The notes: generated by a model from the sequence alone, not told the origin. 64,000 nucleotides of DNA from an uncultured delta proteobacterium (GCA_963755715.1 CAVWLW010000067.1:32001-96000); one strand, 5' to 3'. Shown: positions 1 to 10,592, numbered from the stretch's first letter. Translations and numbers: made by a program.

Positions 1-3000
1 CTGCGAAGAGGCGCGCCGGCCCTTCGATTTAACAAGCGGACCATTGCTTAGAATCCGCCTGTTGCGCCAGCGTGAGGATGAGCATGTTCTTTTTCTCGCT
101 GTCCATCACATCGTCTTCGACGCCTGGTCAATGGGCATTCTGCTTCATGAGCTTTGGTCGCTCTATCAAGGCTTCGTCGACAGAAAAACTCCTTCGTTGC
201 CAAAGCTTTTAGTTCGCTATCGCGATTACGCCGCCTGGCAGCGCGCACAGTTTCACGGCGAGGTCATGGCAACGGACCTGGCTTTTTGGAGAAAACAATT
301 GGCCGCGGCGCCGCGCCTCGAGCTATCGACCGATCGTCCGCGCCCGCGGCTCCAGACCTTTCGCGGCGCGCGCCAGGAAATCAGCTTGACCGAGTCAGTG
401 ACAGCGACGCTCAACCAACTGAGCCAGCACGAAGGCGTTACTCTGTTCATGACGTTGCTCGCGGCCTTTCAAGTCCTGCTTTATCGTTATAGCGGCCAAG
501 AAGATATTATTGTCGGTGCGCCGGTGGCCAATCGCGACCAAAGTGGGATCGAGGGGGTCATCGGCTTTCTCGTCAACACGCTCGCCTTGCGCGTGGATCT
601 TTCCGGTCAACCAAGCTTTAAGGAGTTGCTTCGCCGCGTGCGCGAAGTTTGCCTTGACGCCTATGCGCATCAGGCAGCGCCGTTCGAAAAAGTCGTGGAA
701 GCGTTGAACCTTCGGCGCGAGCTGAACCGTAACCCTATTTTTCAGACAATGTTGGTTTTGCAAAACACGCCGCGCCGTCCGTTCGATCCGCCGGGCATCC
801 GTTTGGAGTCCATCGAGATCGACAATCAAACCGCGCAGTTCGATCTGTCTCTTTATTTGCGCGAACGCGACGGCAAACTGATTGGATTTTTCGAATATTC
901 GACGGACCTATTTAATCCGGCGACCATCGCGCGGATGGCCGGCCATTTTCAAATTCTATCCGCGAGCATCGCAGCCGATCCCGACCTTTCGATCGCGAGG
1001 TTGCCGATGCTTGGCGCGGCGGAGCGTCAGCAACTGCTCTTTGAATGGAATGACACCCGAGCGGAATACCCACATGGCGCATGTATCCACGAATTGTTTG
1101 AAGCGCAGGTCGAACGCACGCCGGACGCGGTGGCGCTGGAGTTCGGGCAGCAGTCATTGACCTACCGCGAGCTTAACGATGACGCCAATCGGCTCGCGCA
1201 TGAATTGAAAGCGCTCGGCGCCGGCCCTGGTACCATCGTCGGCGTGCTGCTCGAGCGTTCCTTCGAAATGGTCGCGAGTCTTCTCGCGATTCTCAAAACC
1301 GGGGGAGCCTATTTACCGCTCGATCCCGGCTATCCGGCGCAGCGTCTTCATTTTATGCTCGCTGACGCCGAAGCTAAGATTGTGTTGACGCAAGAGAAAT
1401 TCTCTCCACTTGTCGCTGTTTCGACGAAGATACTTTTTGTCGATCCAAGTCGCCGCGGTATTTCGCCACCAGCGAAAAACTTTAAAAGCGACGCGCGCGC
1501 CGACAGCCCAGCTTACGTGATTTACACTTCAGGATCGACTGGGACGCCGAAAGGTGTGGTTGGGTTACATCGAGGCGCGGTCAATCGCTTCAGTTGGATG
1601 TGGAAAACCTTTCCGTTCAGTCCAGACGAAAAAAGCTGTCAAAAAACTTCGCTCAGCTTCGTCGACTCGATCTGGGAAATTTTTGGCGCTCTGCTTCGGG
1701 GAATTCCAACGGTGCTCGTGCCCAACCCAGCAGCCAAGGAGCCGGCGTCGCTGGTTGATTACCTGGCTCGGCATGGGGTGACCCGGCTGGTCTTGGTCCC
1801 TTCCCTATTAAGAGAAATCCTGCAATCCGCGGATTTGTCTGAGCGCCTGGCGCGGCTGCGATACTGTTTTTGCAGCGGCGAGCCGCTCGGCGCAGATTTG
1901 GCGGCGCGCTTTCGCCGCGCTCTCCCTGATTGCAAGCTGATCAATCTTTACGGCTCTTCGGAAGTTGCGGCCGATGTAACTTATTGCGAGATCGACGAAG
2001 ACAACTCTTGCGCTACCGTTCCAATCGGCCGGCCGATCGACAACACGCAAATCTATCTGCTCGATTCTGAGTTGCAGCCGGTGCCGGTCGGAGTGCGCGG
2101 CGAGATCTGCGTCGGCGGCGACAGCCTAGCGCGCGGTTATCTCAAGCGCGACGAATTGACCGCGGAAAAATTCATCGCCAATCCGTTTGCCCAGAACGGG
2201 CAGTCGCGTCTCTTTCGCACGGGCGACATGGCGCGCTATCGCGCCGACGGGAATATCGAATTTCTCGGCCGCGCCGACGATCAAGTTAAAATTCGCGGCT
2301 GCCGGGTTGAGCTTGGCGAAATCGAGTCGGCGCTGAATCAACATCCGGGCATCGGCGAAAGCGCCGTTGTGGTAGATGAGTTGTCCGCGGCCGCGCCGAA
2401 CGGTTCCATCGATTTGGCAGGGAAATTTGAAAGGCAGTTGACGGCCTATGTAGTTGCGAAAAAGACAAAACAGCCGGCGGCGAGCGAGCTACGGACCTTT
2501 TTGCGGCAAAAGCTGCCCGACTACATGATGCCGGCAAATTTCGTTCGGCTCGGCGACTTGCCGCGCTTGCCCAACGGCAAAATTGATCGACGCGCTTTAC
2601 CGCTGCCTGGGGAATTCCGTCGCCGCGAAGAGGGAACGGTTATAGCACCGCGCACCGAGGTCGAAACCTTGATCGCACAGATATGGCAGGAGGTCTTGCG
2701 TGTCGACGGCATTGGCGTCGACGATAACTTCTTCGATCTCGGCGGCCACTCGCTGCTGGCGGCGCAAGTCGCGGCGAAAATGCGCGCTGTTTTTAATAAG
2801 CCGGTGGCGCTGCGCGACCTCTTCGAGGCTCCGACCATCGCGGGCTTGGCGGCGCTGGTGGAAAAGGCTGGGCGAGCCGATCAAGAAAAAGATCTGCCGG
2901 CCATCACGCCGGCGACAGCCAGGCGAGACGTGGGACTGTCTTTTGGGCAAAAGCAGCTGTTTCTTTTCAGCCAATTGTTTGGCGGCGCGGATTTTCTCAA

Positions 3001-4280
3001 CCTGCCTTACGCCTATCGGCTCGCGGGGCGACTCGATGTCCAGGCATTGAAAAAGGCCGTTCAAGAGATTGTCAATCGCCACGATATCTTGCGCACGGCA
3101 TTCATCGATACGGCGGATGGCGCGCGGCAGGTCGTGCGCCGCCGCCTCATGGTCAGGTTGCCGATTGTCGATTTGGCGCGCCTGCCGAAGGACAGACAGG
3201 ATAAACAACTGGATGAGCTCTCGAAGCGGGATGCGGCACGCAGCTTCGACTTGGAAAAACCGCCGCTCTTTAGAATGACGCTAATCCGGCTGGCCGATGA
3301 CCAACATATTCTTCTGGTTACGCTGCACCATATTATCGGCGACCAGTGGTCGATGGGGGTGTTTCGAAAAGAATTGGCGGCGCTCTATTCGGCATTTTCC
3401 AAGGGTTTGCCAGCGCCTTTGCCGCCGCTGCCGTTTCAATTTTCCGACTTCATCCATTGGCAGAAGCAACTGCTCGAGAACGGAGCTTTCGACCGGCAGG
3501 TCGCCTATTGGCAGAAGCGCTTGGACGGGTTGTCGCCCGCGCTCCAGTTTCGGCGCGAAGCCAAGCGCAAGAGTTCGCCGCGCTTTCACAGTGCGAGGCA
3601 GCCGATTCGGTTTCGATGACGGGCTGGTTACGCAGATCAAGTCATTTGCCCGCGCCCAGAGCTGCACGCCCTTTATGATATTCGTCGCGGGCTTGGATAT
3701 TTTACTTTGGTCCTATACCGGCGAAAGCGATATTCGGATCGGTACCCTCGTCGCCAACCGGGGGCAAGCGGGAACCGACGGGCTGATCGGCTATTTCGTT
3801 AACGCACTGGTTTTGCGCACGCGCGTTTTACCGGCGATGACCTGTGTCGAATTGCTGAACGACGTTCGCGAAACCTGTTTAGAGGCCTACGCTCATCAAG
3901 ACGTTCCGTTCGAATATTTGGAGGCGTTGCTTGAGAAGAAACAGAAGCGCGCCCGCGTGCCTTTATACCAGGTGATGTTTAACTATCGAAACCTATGGAC
4001 GTCGCCGGCGAATGCCAATGGCCTTACGATTGCGTCATGGAACGGAAAAAACCGCGCGGGCGACCCGGGACTGGCGATGGCACGACTGGATGTAAACTTT
4101 AATTTACGCGAGCTGTCAACGGAGTTGACAGGCGCTGTAAACTATAAGACCGATTTGTTCGATGACAGGCGCATTACAAAACTGCTCGCCGACTATTCCG
4201 AGATATTGAAGCAGATGATCGCTTTTCCGAAACGACGAATTTCCAAAATCGCTGTGCGCCGGGTTGGGGAGAGGGATTGA
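1..4280 (+). CDS. Non-ribosomal peptide synthetase, 5'-truncated, C-A-PCP-C; one apparent frameshift near 3612
   Basis: C motif HHIVFDAWS; A motifs YTSGSTGTPKG, YGSSE, FRTGD, QVKIRG, LPNGKIDR; PCP DNFFDLGGHSL; second C HHIIGDQWS. The C domain continues in ORF 3297..4280 (TPFMIFVAG...IGYFVNALVLR...HQDVPFE) after an extra T in cggtttcgatga. Confidence 0.95.
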
Positions 4281-4283
4281 GAC

Positions 4284-6062
4284 ATGATGGTGCGACTGAT
4301 TGCAGCATGTGCAGTGCTGATGCTCATCGGGATGGCGCCAGTCAACGCCGGCCAAGGCGGAGCGGATTCATGGACTCCCCGCGAGATGGGTGATCCCGGG
4401 AAGTTGAAAGGCAAGGCATTGAAGCTCCCATTGTTGCCGGAGGATCGATCCTTTCCCGCCGAGTTTCGCTGTAAGGAAAAGGCGTCGTCCTGCGAATTCG
4501 AGCTTGCCTATTTTCTCGGCGACGGTTTCGATCTCAGCAAAAAACAGCGTCTCAGCATCCTTTATATACCCGGCGGGCCGGGAGCGATCGTCGATCCAAG
4601 CAACCGCTCCGCCGCTTTGCGCCTTCTGGAAGAGAAGCACAACGTAGTTTACTTCCACCCGCGCGGTATGGCCAAGAGCGCCATCGACGGGGACCGGCTT
4701 TACGATCAATTTCTGCGCGCCGATTATGTTGCGAACGACATCGAAAGACTGCGCCAGGAACTTCTCAAGTCGAGACCCTGGGACGCAATCTACGGGCATA
4801 GTTGGGGAACCGTAATCGCGCAGCGCTATGCGGCCAAATACGCTCAAGCCAAGGACCCCAACCCGAAAGTGCGAAGTTTGATTCTCACCGGACCGGTAGA
4901 CCGCCATCGGGCGAGTACGCAAAAGGCTCGCGCCGAGACAATCGTAGAAAATTTCAAATTGATCGTGACATACTACCGCACCCAGGGAGCGGGCAAGTGT
5001 CAGTGCGAATCACCTTCATATCTCAAATCCAAAGTGACCGACTTTTCCGCTCCTCAGATTGGAATGGTCGGCGATAGCTTGGAAGCGAGCGATAATTTCT
5101 GCTTTTTGACCGACAAACTGATCGATGACATCGTCGGTCGGCTGCGCAAGGTGGTAGCGACGATCGACCAAGAGTTCGGCTCGGCAGACTTGATCGTCGA
5201 CAACTTCCAGACGCTAAGGAAAGACAAAGAGTTTCAAAGTCGCTTCAGTCGGTTGCCGATCGAATTCTTTGCCGCCGTCCGCTATTTGCAAATGTCCGGC
5301 GCGCCGGAAAAAGACGGTTTAGTCTTCGTCGCGGACAGCCGCAGCCGCGTGAATGCCGCGCTTATCATTGTCTACGATCTGATGGCGACCAACGCCGGCG
5401 GCTGCAATTTCAAAGATCCGATTTTCAGCGGCGCTTCGGGGGAATGTCATTATTGCGATCGGTTGAAAGCGGCGAGGGAAAAACAACGCGAGCAAATCGG
5501 CGGGCGCGAGTCGGAGCGTGGCAGCTATGTTTTTGGTGTCTATGACGGCGTGACGCGCTGGCTTCCGGTGATGATGGGCACAGAAGGCTGCTTTACCGGC
5601 AAGGACATTGGAGATTTTGCCAAGCGCGCCGGCGCCGGCAAAGAGTTCGGCCGAGATCAAGCAAAAAAAATCGGCGTCGTTTCCGGCGAAAAAGTTTGCC
5701 CCTGGAATCCCGCGAATTTTCGCCACGAAGTGCCGACGCTCCTGGTCAAGGGAAGCCGTGATGCCGTGGTTGCCGGCTGCCAGGCGGAAGATTTCCTAGT
5801 CAACGGATTGAAAGACGGCCGGCGTGTCTTGTTGGAATTGCGCGGCATGGGACACGACTTGAGCGTGAGCAACTTGTACGGAGGGTTGGAAGTGTCCCCA
5901 TGGAGCAAGCGTTTTGCCGGATTGCTGGAAGACTTTATTAAATTGTCTCCCAACGTGGCGAAGTTTCGCGCGGACAATAGCGTGCGCGCAAATCTGCAAA
6001 AGCTTAAGGCGAGCGACCGAACGCGCGATCCGAATTTGGCCTCGCGCTGCGGAAAATCTTGA
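4284..6062 (+). CDS. Secreted alpha/beta hydrolase (TAP / prolyl-aminopeptidase-like)
   Basis: Signal peptide; IPGGPG oxyanion motif; GHSWG nucleophile elbow; C-terminal VPTLLVKGSRD...GMGHD (Asp/His). Confidence 0.85.
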   Translation: MMVRLIAACAVLMLIGMAPVNAGQGGADSWTPREMGDPGKLKGKALKLPLLPEDRSFPAEFRCKEKASSCEFELAYFLGDGFDLSKKQRLSILYIPGGPGAIVDPSNRSAALRLLEEKHNVVYFHPRGMAKSAIDGDRLYDQFLRADYVANDIERLRQELLKSRPWDAIYGHSWGTVIAQRYAAKYAQAKDPNPKVRSLILTGPVDRHRASTQKARAETIVENFKLIVTYYRTQGAGKCQCESPSYLKSKVTDFSAPQIGMVGDSLEASDNFCFLTDKLIDDIVGRLRKVVATIDQEFGSADLIVDNFQTLRKDKEFQSRFSRLPIEFFAAVRYLQMSGAPEKDGLVFVADSRSRVNAALIIVYDLMATNAGGCNFKDPIFSGASGECHYCDRLKAAREKQREQIGGRESERGSYVFGVYDGVTRWLPVMMGTEGCFTGKDIGDFAKRAGAGKEFGRDQAKKIGVVSGEKVCPWNPANFRHEVPTLLVKGSRDAVVAGCQAEDFLVNGLKDGRRVLLELRGMGHDLSVSNLYGGLEVSPWSKRFAGLLEDFIKLSPNVAKFRADNSVRANLQKLKASDRTRDPNLASRCGKS

Positions 6063-6123
6063 CTTCAAAGTTTGCCAACGATAGCGTGGCAAAAAATTTA
6101 ATTCCCCGTGAGGAGGTGTCAGG

Positions 6124-6342
6124 ATGGGTAAGAGCGGACCAAAGCTGTCCGAGGCGAAAGCCGAGAAGTTGAGAAAAGGGGTACGCGCGATCATCAAAGC
6201 GAATAAAGACTTGCAGGCGGCCGTCAACGCGTTGACAAAGTCCTCGAAATCGAAAGACAACGAAGGCCAAGCTGCGCAGCGCGATCTCAAAGGTCATCGT
6301 GCGCAATCCACTTTTGCAGCAGGCCGCGAAAGACCTTTTTAA
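6124..6342 (+). CDS. Small basic hypothetical protein (72 aa)
   Basis: Strong RBS gaggagg upstream; same strand as the hydrolase and just after it; Lys/Ala-rich. Confidence 0.6.
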   Translation: MGKSGPKLSEAKAEKLRKGVRAIIKANKDLQAAVNALTKSSKSKDNEGQAAQRDLKGHRAQSTFAAGRERPF

Positions 6343-6460
6343 CAAGATGAAATAATTACGACAGAGCCGGGACCAATTTTCCCGCGAACGAAGCAGAATC
6401 GCTTTATAGGTTTGTCACGCGCGACGGCGGCGGGCGATTCGTCACCTGACAGGTGCGCGC

Positions 6461-8020
6461 TTAGACTTCCGCCGCGAGAGTCAGTTTCTTGAGCTTCTTG
6501 AGGAATCCTCCACGGCTCATACCGAGCATCTGCGCCGCCTTCAGCTTGTTGCCGCCTACCTGGTTCAAGGCATCTTGAATCATCCGGCGTTCGAGCGCGT
6601 CGACCGCTTCGAAGAGCGATTTACCGGTTATCGGCGCAGCGTGGGTTGACTGCGGGACCGGCTTTACCTCGGATTGAATAGCGACCTGATCTTCGGTGAT
6701 GATTTTTCCACGCACCGAAGCCACTAACCGTTTTATTTCATTTTCGAGCTGGCGCGCGTTGCCCGGCCAGTGGTACGCCGACAAGCGATCGAGAGCTGCC
6801 GCGCTCAATTGTTTGGGTTCGACAGACATCGTCGCGCAGTGCTTCTGCAAGAAGTGATTTGCCAGAATCGCGATATCCTCGGGCGTCTCGCGCAGCGATG
6901 GTGTTTGAATATTGACGACGCTCAATCTGTAATAGAGATCTGCGCGAAACTGTTTTTCTCGCACGGCGGCTTCCAGGTTGCGGTTGGTCGCGGCGATGAT
7001 GCGCACATTGATCGGCACCGGCGTGCGGCCGCCGACGCGGTCGACGGAGCGTTCCTGCAGCACCCGAAGGATCTTCGCTTGTGCCGTGAGACTCAAATCG
7101 CCGATTTCGTCGAGGAACAGCGTGCCCTCGTGGGCGGCTTCGAATTTGCCGATACGTCGATCGACGCCGGTCGCGACGCCTTTCTCAATGCCGAATAATT
7201 CCGCCTCGACCAGCGCATCTGGCAACGCCGCGCAGTTAACCGCGATAAAGGGGTACTTCGCTCGGGGGCTGTTGAAATGCAACGCCTTGGCGATCAGTTC
7301 TTTGCCGGTGCCGCTTTCGCCTTGAATGAGCACGTCGACCGAGCTCGGTCGGATCTGATCGATCAGCCGGATAGTCGACTCGATTCGGTGGCTCATGCCG
7401 ACGATATTCTGGGTGGAAAAACCGCTGATAAACTGCGCCGCCGGATAATTTGCGCGGTCAGTATTTTTTTGCGCCTTCAGCTCCGCTGCGACCGCGGAAT
7501 TTTCCAATACATCAGCCAATCGCGCCGCCAGCGTGGCGAGGATTTCCGCGTCCTCGGCGGTAAAACTGCCGCCCAACTTGTTGGTTGCTTCACCCACGCC
7601 GATCACCGCGCCATCGAGGCTATGTAAAGGCACGGCGAGAAGAGTATCGGTTTGATAACCGGTCTCGACGTCCACTTCTTTGTAAAAGAGCGGATGCTGA
7701 TAGGCGTCGACGACATTGATTGTCTGGCCGCTCAAGGCCACGGCGCCGGCGATCCCCAGTCTGGCGTCAAAACGCATGATTTTCCCTTCTTGGGAAATTG
7801 CCGACCAGAGCTCGCAATTGTCGCGGTCGAACAGAAAGATGCTGACCCGATCCGCCTGCAGCAGTTCCTTGGCTTCGCGCGTGATTAGCGATTGCAGCGA
7901 GGCCAGATCTGTCATCGCGCTCATGCGCCGACAAATGTTGAGAACCGCCCGCAGCTTGTCCACATGTTGCGCGCCTGCGATTTCGTTTTCAGTTTCGTAA
8001 TTGGATGTGCCAGACACCAC
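6461..8020 (-). CDS. GAF-domain sigma54-dependent transcriptional activator (GAF-AAA-Fis HTH)
   Basis: N-terminal GAF; GESGTGKE; loop 1 variant GVATGV; LFLDEIGD; WPGNAR; C-terminal HTH. Confidence 0.92.
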   Translation of the reverse strand: MVSGTSNYETENEIAGAQHVDKLRAVLNICRRMSAMTDLASLQSLITREAKELLQADRVSIFLFDRDNCELWSAISQEGKIMRFDARLGIAGAVALSGQTINVVDAYQHPLFYKEVDVETGYQTDTLLAVPLHSLDGAVIGVGEATNKLGGSFTAEDAEILATLAARLADVLENSAVAAELKAQKNTDRANYPAAQFISGFSTQNIVGMSHRIESTIRLIDQIRPSSVDVLIQGESGTGKELIAKALHFNSPRAKYPFIAVNCAALPDALVEAELFGIEKGVATGVDRRIGKFEAAHEGTLFLDEIGDLSLTAQAKILRVLQERSVDRVGGRTPVPINVRIIAATNRNLEAAVREKQFRADLYYRLSVVNIQTPSLRETPEDIAILANHFLQKHCATMSVEPKQLSAAALDRLSAYHWPGNARQLENEIKRLVASVRGKIITEDQVAIQSEVKPVPQSTHAAPITGKSLFEAVDALERRMIQDALNQVGGNKLKAAQMLGMSRGGFLKKLKKLTLAAEV

Positions 8021-8389
8021 GCCCTGAATTACACAATCGGCGCAACGCTGTCAACGAAAGTCGACGGCGTAACATTCTAGAATGCTGGCCTTGAAAATCT
8101 TGGCCGAAATGATTCTTGATATTTCTTTGTGCGTTCTGCGATCGCGAGTCAGTCTATTCGACCGCCGTTCTAACGCTTAGAACAAATTGCCGGCAAGATT
8201 TGGCTCGCGATTCTTTCTGTTCGAATTCCGCGCGGCTTACTTGTTTGTTGACAATTCTGTCTCGTGTCGAACCTAGGTGTGTATCTTTATGCAATCGTTT
8301 CTATGTCGACTTCTGCATACAGAGGTAAATCATGGCGGAAGTTTAGCGAGTTTGTCAGAACCATTTTCCCATCTCGTGCTCTTTTCTGA

Positions 8390-8405
8390 TGGCACGTTGG
8401 TTGCT
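8390..8405 (+). promoter_or_regulatory. sigma54 -24/-12 promoter
   Basis: TGGCAC-GTTGG-TTGCT, an exact match to TGGCAC-N5-TTGC, upstream of the second activator. Confidence 0.8.
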
Positions 8406-8499
8406 TTTTTACGAGGGACACAAATCCAATCAACCGCTTAAAGAAAAATTTATCGAGGCTATGTACAAAGAGAGATAAGGCAGCTCGGTATCTTCAGTT

Positions 8500-9963
8500 G
8501 TGGTCGCGTCACGTAGTAAAACGTTTGTTCGAAATCTGACCGGAGTGACGCCTGTCAATTTTGCGCCAAGAAGCAAATTTAAAGCCATGACGAATACTTT
8601 AATAGTGAATCAAGGGACGGCGGTGTGCAGCGAAAGGCATTGCAATGAATTGACTCGGCTGCTTGCGCCGACTTCCTTCATTAAAATGGAATTACCGATC
8701 GGCGCTGCGTTAAGCACGGTGGCGCGCATGCCCGAGATCGTGTTTATCCGACTCAGCGCGGCTGGCGATGAGAAAGGTCTTATTGAAACCTGTAAGGCGC
8801 GCTGGCGTGACGCCGTGATCGTCGCGATCGTCTGCAACGCCGCTGTTTGGGGCGGCGATATGAAACTGGCTCCTTTACTCGCACTGGCGGACGACTTTCT
8901 ATTTTGTCCGGCGCTTTCAAAGGAATTGTTGCTACGCAGCGAGCGGGCCCTGTTGTCGCGCCGGCCGAAAGTCGTTGCACAAAAGGAAACCGCGGAATTG
9001 CTGGCAAACCTGCCGCTGGTCGGTCAAAGCCCGGCGTTTCTAGCCGTGATCAACAAGACTGCCGCTTTGGCGCGCAGCGACGCCACGGTATTAGTTTCGG
9101 GTGAAACGGGCAGCGGCAAAGAGCTGGTTGCGCGGGCAATCCATTACCAAGGAGCACGACGGTCAAAGCCATTCATTCCGGTCAACTGCGGCGCTCTGCC
9201 CGATCATCTGTTTGAGAATGAGCTGTTCGGACACAATAAAGGAGCCTTTACCGATGCTTCGTCTGCGGAGCAAGGTCTGATTGCTGAAGCGGAAGGCGGG
9301 ACCCTGTTTCTGGATGAGGTTGATACACTTAGCCCTTCTGGCCAGGTCAAATTGCTGCGCTTTTTACAGAATGGAGAATATCGGCCTATTGGTTCGTCCC
9401 GGTTCGCTATCGGCGACGTTCGAGTTGTCGCAGCTACGAACGCCGATCTTTTTGAGCGAGTCAAATCCAAGGTGTTCCGTGAGGACCTGTATTATCGTCT
9501 TAATTCCCTGTCACTGTCCATTCCCCCTCTTAGGGAGCGGGTCGAGGACGTCGCTCCTCTCGTCACTCACTTTCTTGAACGATATGCGATGGAACATAGA
9601 CAGAAAGTTACAAATATTTCTCGGGCGGCTCTGCGAAAACTAATGTCGTATTCGTGGCCTGGCAATATTCGGGAGCTGGAAAGCGTCATGACAAGAGTCC
9701 TGGTTTTCACGACCTCGGAGATTCTCCAGCCAGATGACATCGATCTGCCGTCATCTGATCGTGCAGAATCCACCAGAGCTCAATCCCTCCAGGAGGCTAA
9801 GACCAGTACGATTACGATTTTCGAACGCAGCTATCTAGCAAAACTTTTGGCGTTACATCAGGGAAACATTACCCACGCTGCCAAAGCCGCTGGTAAAGAG
9901 CGACGGACTTTTCAACGTCTCCTGCGTAAACACAATCTCGATCGACACGCCTTTCGGTTCTGA
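8500..9963 (+). CDS. sigma54-dependent activator with degenerate receiver-like N-terminus (start may be ATG 8587)
   Basis: GETGSGKE, GAFTDA, LFLDEVD, FREDLYYRL, WPGNIREL, C-terminal HTH. Confidence 0.92.
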   Translation: MVASRSKTFVRNLTGVTPVNFAPRSKFKAMTNTLIVNQGTAVCSERHCNELTRLLAPTSFIKMELPIGAALSTVARMPEIVFIRLSAAGDEKGLIETCKARWRDAVIVAIVCNAAVWGGDMKLAPLLALADDFLFCPALSKELLLRSERALLSRRPKVVAQKETAELLANLPLVGQSPAFLAVINKTAALARSDATVLVSGETGSGKELVARAIHYQGARRSKPFIPVNCGALPDHLFENELFGHNKGAFTDASSAEQGLIAEAEGGTLFLDEVDTLSPSGQVKLLRFLQNGEYRPIGSSRFAIGDVRVVAATNADLFERVKSKVFREDLYYRLNSLSLSIPPLRERVEDVAPLVTHFLERYAMEHRQKVTNISRAALRKLMSYSWPGNIRELESVMTRVLVFTTSEILQPDDIDLPSSDRAESTRAQSLQEAKTSTITIFERSYLAKLLALHQGNITHAAKAAGKERRTFQRLLRKHNLDRHAFRF

Positions 9964-10007
9964 TCTCGCTAATCTTTCCTCTCTCCAGGTTTTTTTCTTG
10001 AGCTGAT

Positions 10008-10113
10008 GCGGCGGAAAGCGCGCTGTAATGCGGCGTCATCGCCGCGTCTGTCGTCCCTTAAATTTCAACGCATTGCCAGACACTTGCACTAAACGACGCG
10101 GCTGGTCTGCCGC
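10008..10113. promoter_or_regulatory. Candidate upstream activator sequences: three GCGGC-N6-GCCGC palindromes
   Basis: 10008 gcggc-ggaaag-cgcgc (imperfect); 10030 gcggc-gtcatc-gccgc; 10098 gcggc-tggtct-gccgc; IHF-like tttcaacgcattg at 10063. Confidence 0.55.
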
Positions 10114-10167
10114 ACTTGCCACAACGCTACACCGATAATCCTTAAGGATATTCGGGGTTCTCTTTTT

Positions 10168-10183
10168 TGGTATTCCAATTGCT
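10168..10183 (+). promoter_or_regulatory. sigma54 promoter of the eCIS operon
   Basis: TGGTAT-TCCAA-TTGCT with correct GG-N10-GC spacing, 44 bp upstream of the TTG start at 10227. Confidence 0.7.
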
Positions 10184-10226
10184 CCTTCGCAAGAGCATCC
10201 ACGAGCCATTAAAGAAGGATAATCCG

Positions 10227-10523
10227 TTGAGTGAGCAGGACTTACCCGAGGGCGATGAGCAGGTAATCCGAGGAATCCTCCAATATTTGATCGAGCATCC
10301 CGACGCGAAGGATACGGGAGAAGGGATAGCTAAATGGTGGCTGGCAGGCACCGATGCTGAGTCGAAAAAAAAACAGGTTCAGAATGCGCTTGATTGTTTA
10401 ACCGCAAGAGGATGGCTAACAAAACGTGAAACATCCCGAAGGGAAAAAATTTACGGCCTTAACCGTAATCTATTACCGGAGATCAGGGGGTTCTTGAGAA
10501 TACAGGGAACGTTGGCGCACTGA
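10227..10523 (+). CDS. Small winged-helix-like protein, first gene of the eCIS operon
   Basis: Motif YLIEHPDAKDTGEGIAKWWL; RBS aagaagga before TTG 10227, in frame with ORF 10167. Confidence 0.7.
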   Translation: MSEQDLPEGDEQVIRGILQYLIEHPDAKDTGEGIAKWWLAGTDAESKKKQVQNALDCLTARGWLTKRETSRREKIYGLNRNLLPEIRGFLRIQGTLAH

Positions 10524-10592
10524 AACTCATCGCGTGAAAGCAACTGTGACAGGCGTGGTAAAACATTTAGCCTTATGGAGTGAGGAAGACCT

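Noticed and set aside
3600-3625. Programmed frameshift in the NRPS (and in EncFtn or the tube)
   Set aside because: No slippery heptamer or stimulatory structure is evident, and such indels occur throughout the window.
8030-8340. Enhancer palindromes between the divergent activators
   Set aside because: Several GTCGAC/GTTGAC-like words, but no consistent repeat could be defined by eye.
10167-10226. ORF-track start at 10167
   Set aside because: Overlaps the sigma54 promoter; the RBS supports TTG 10227.
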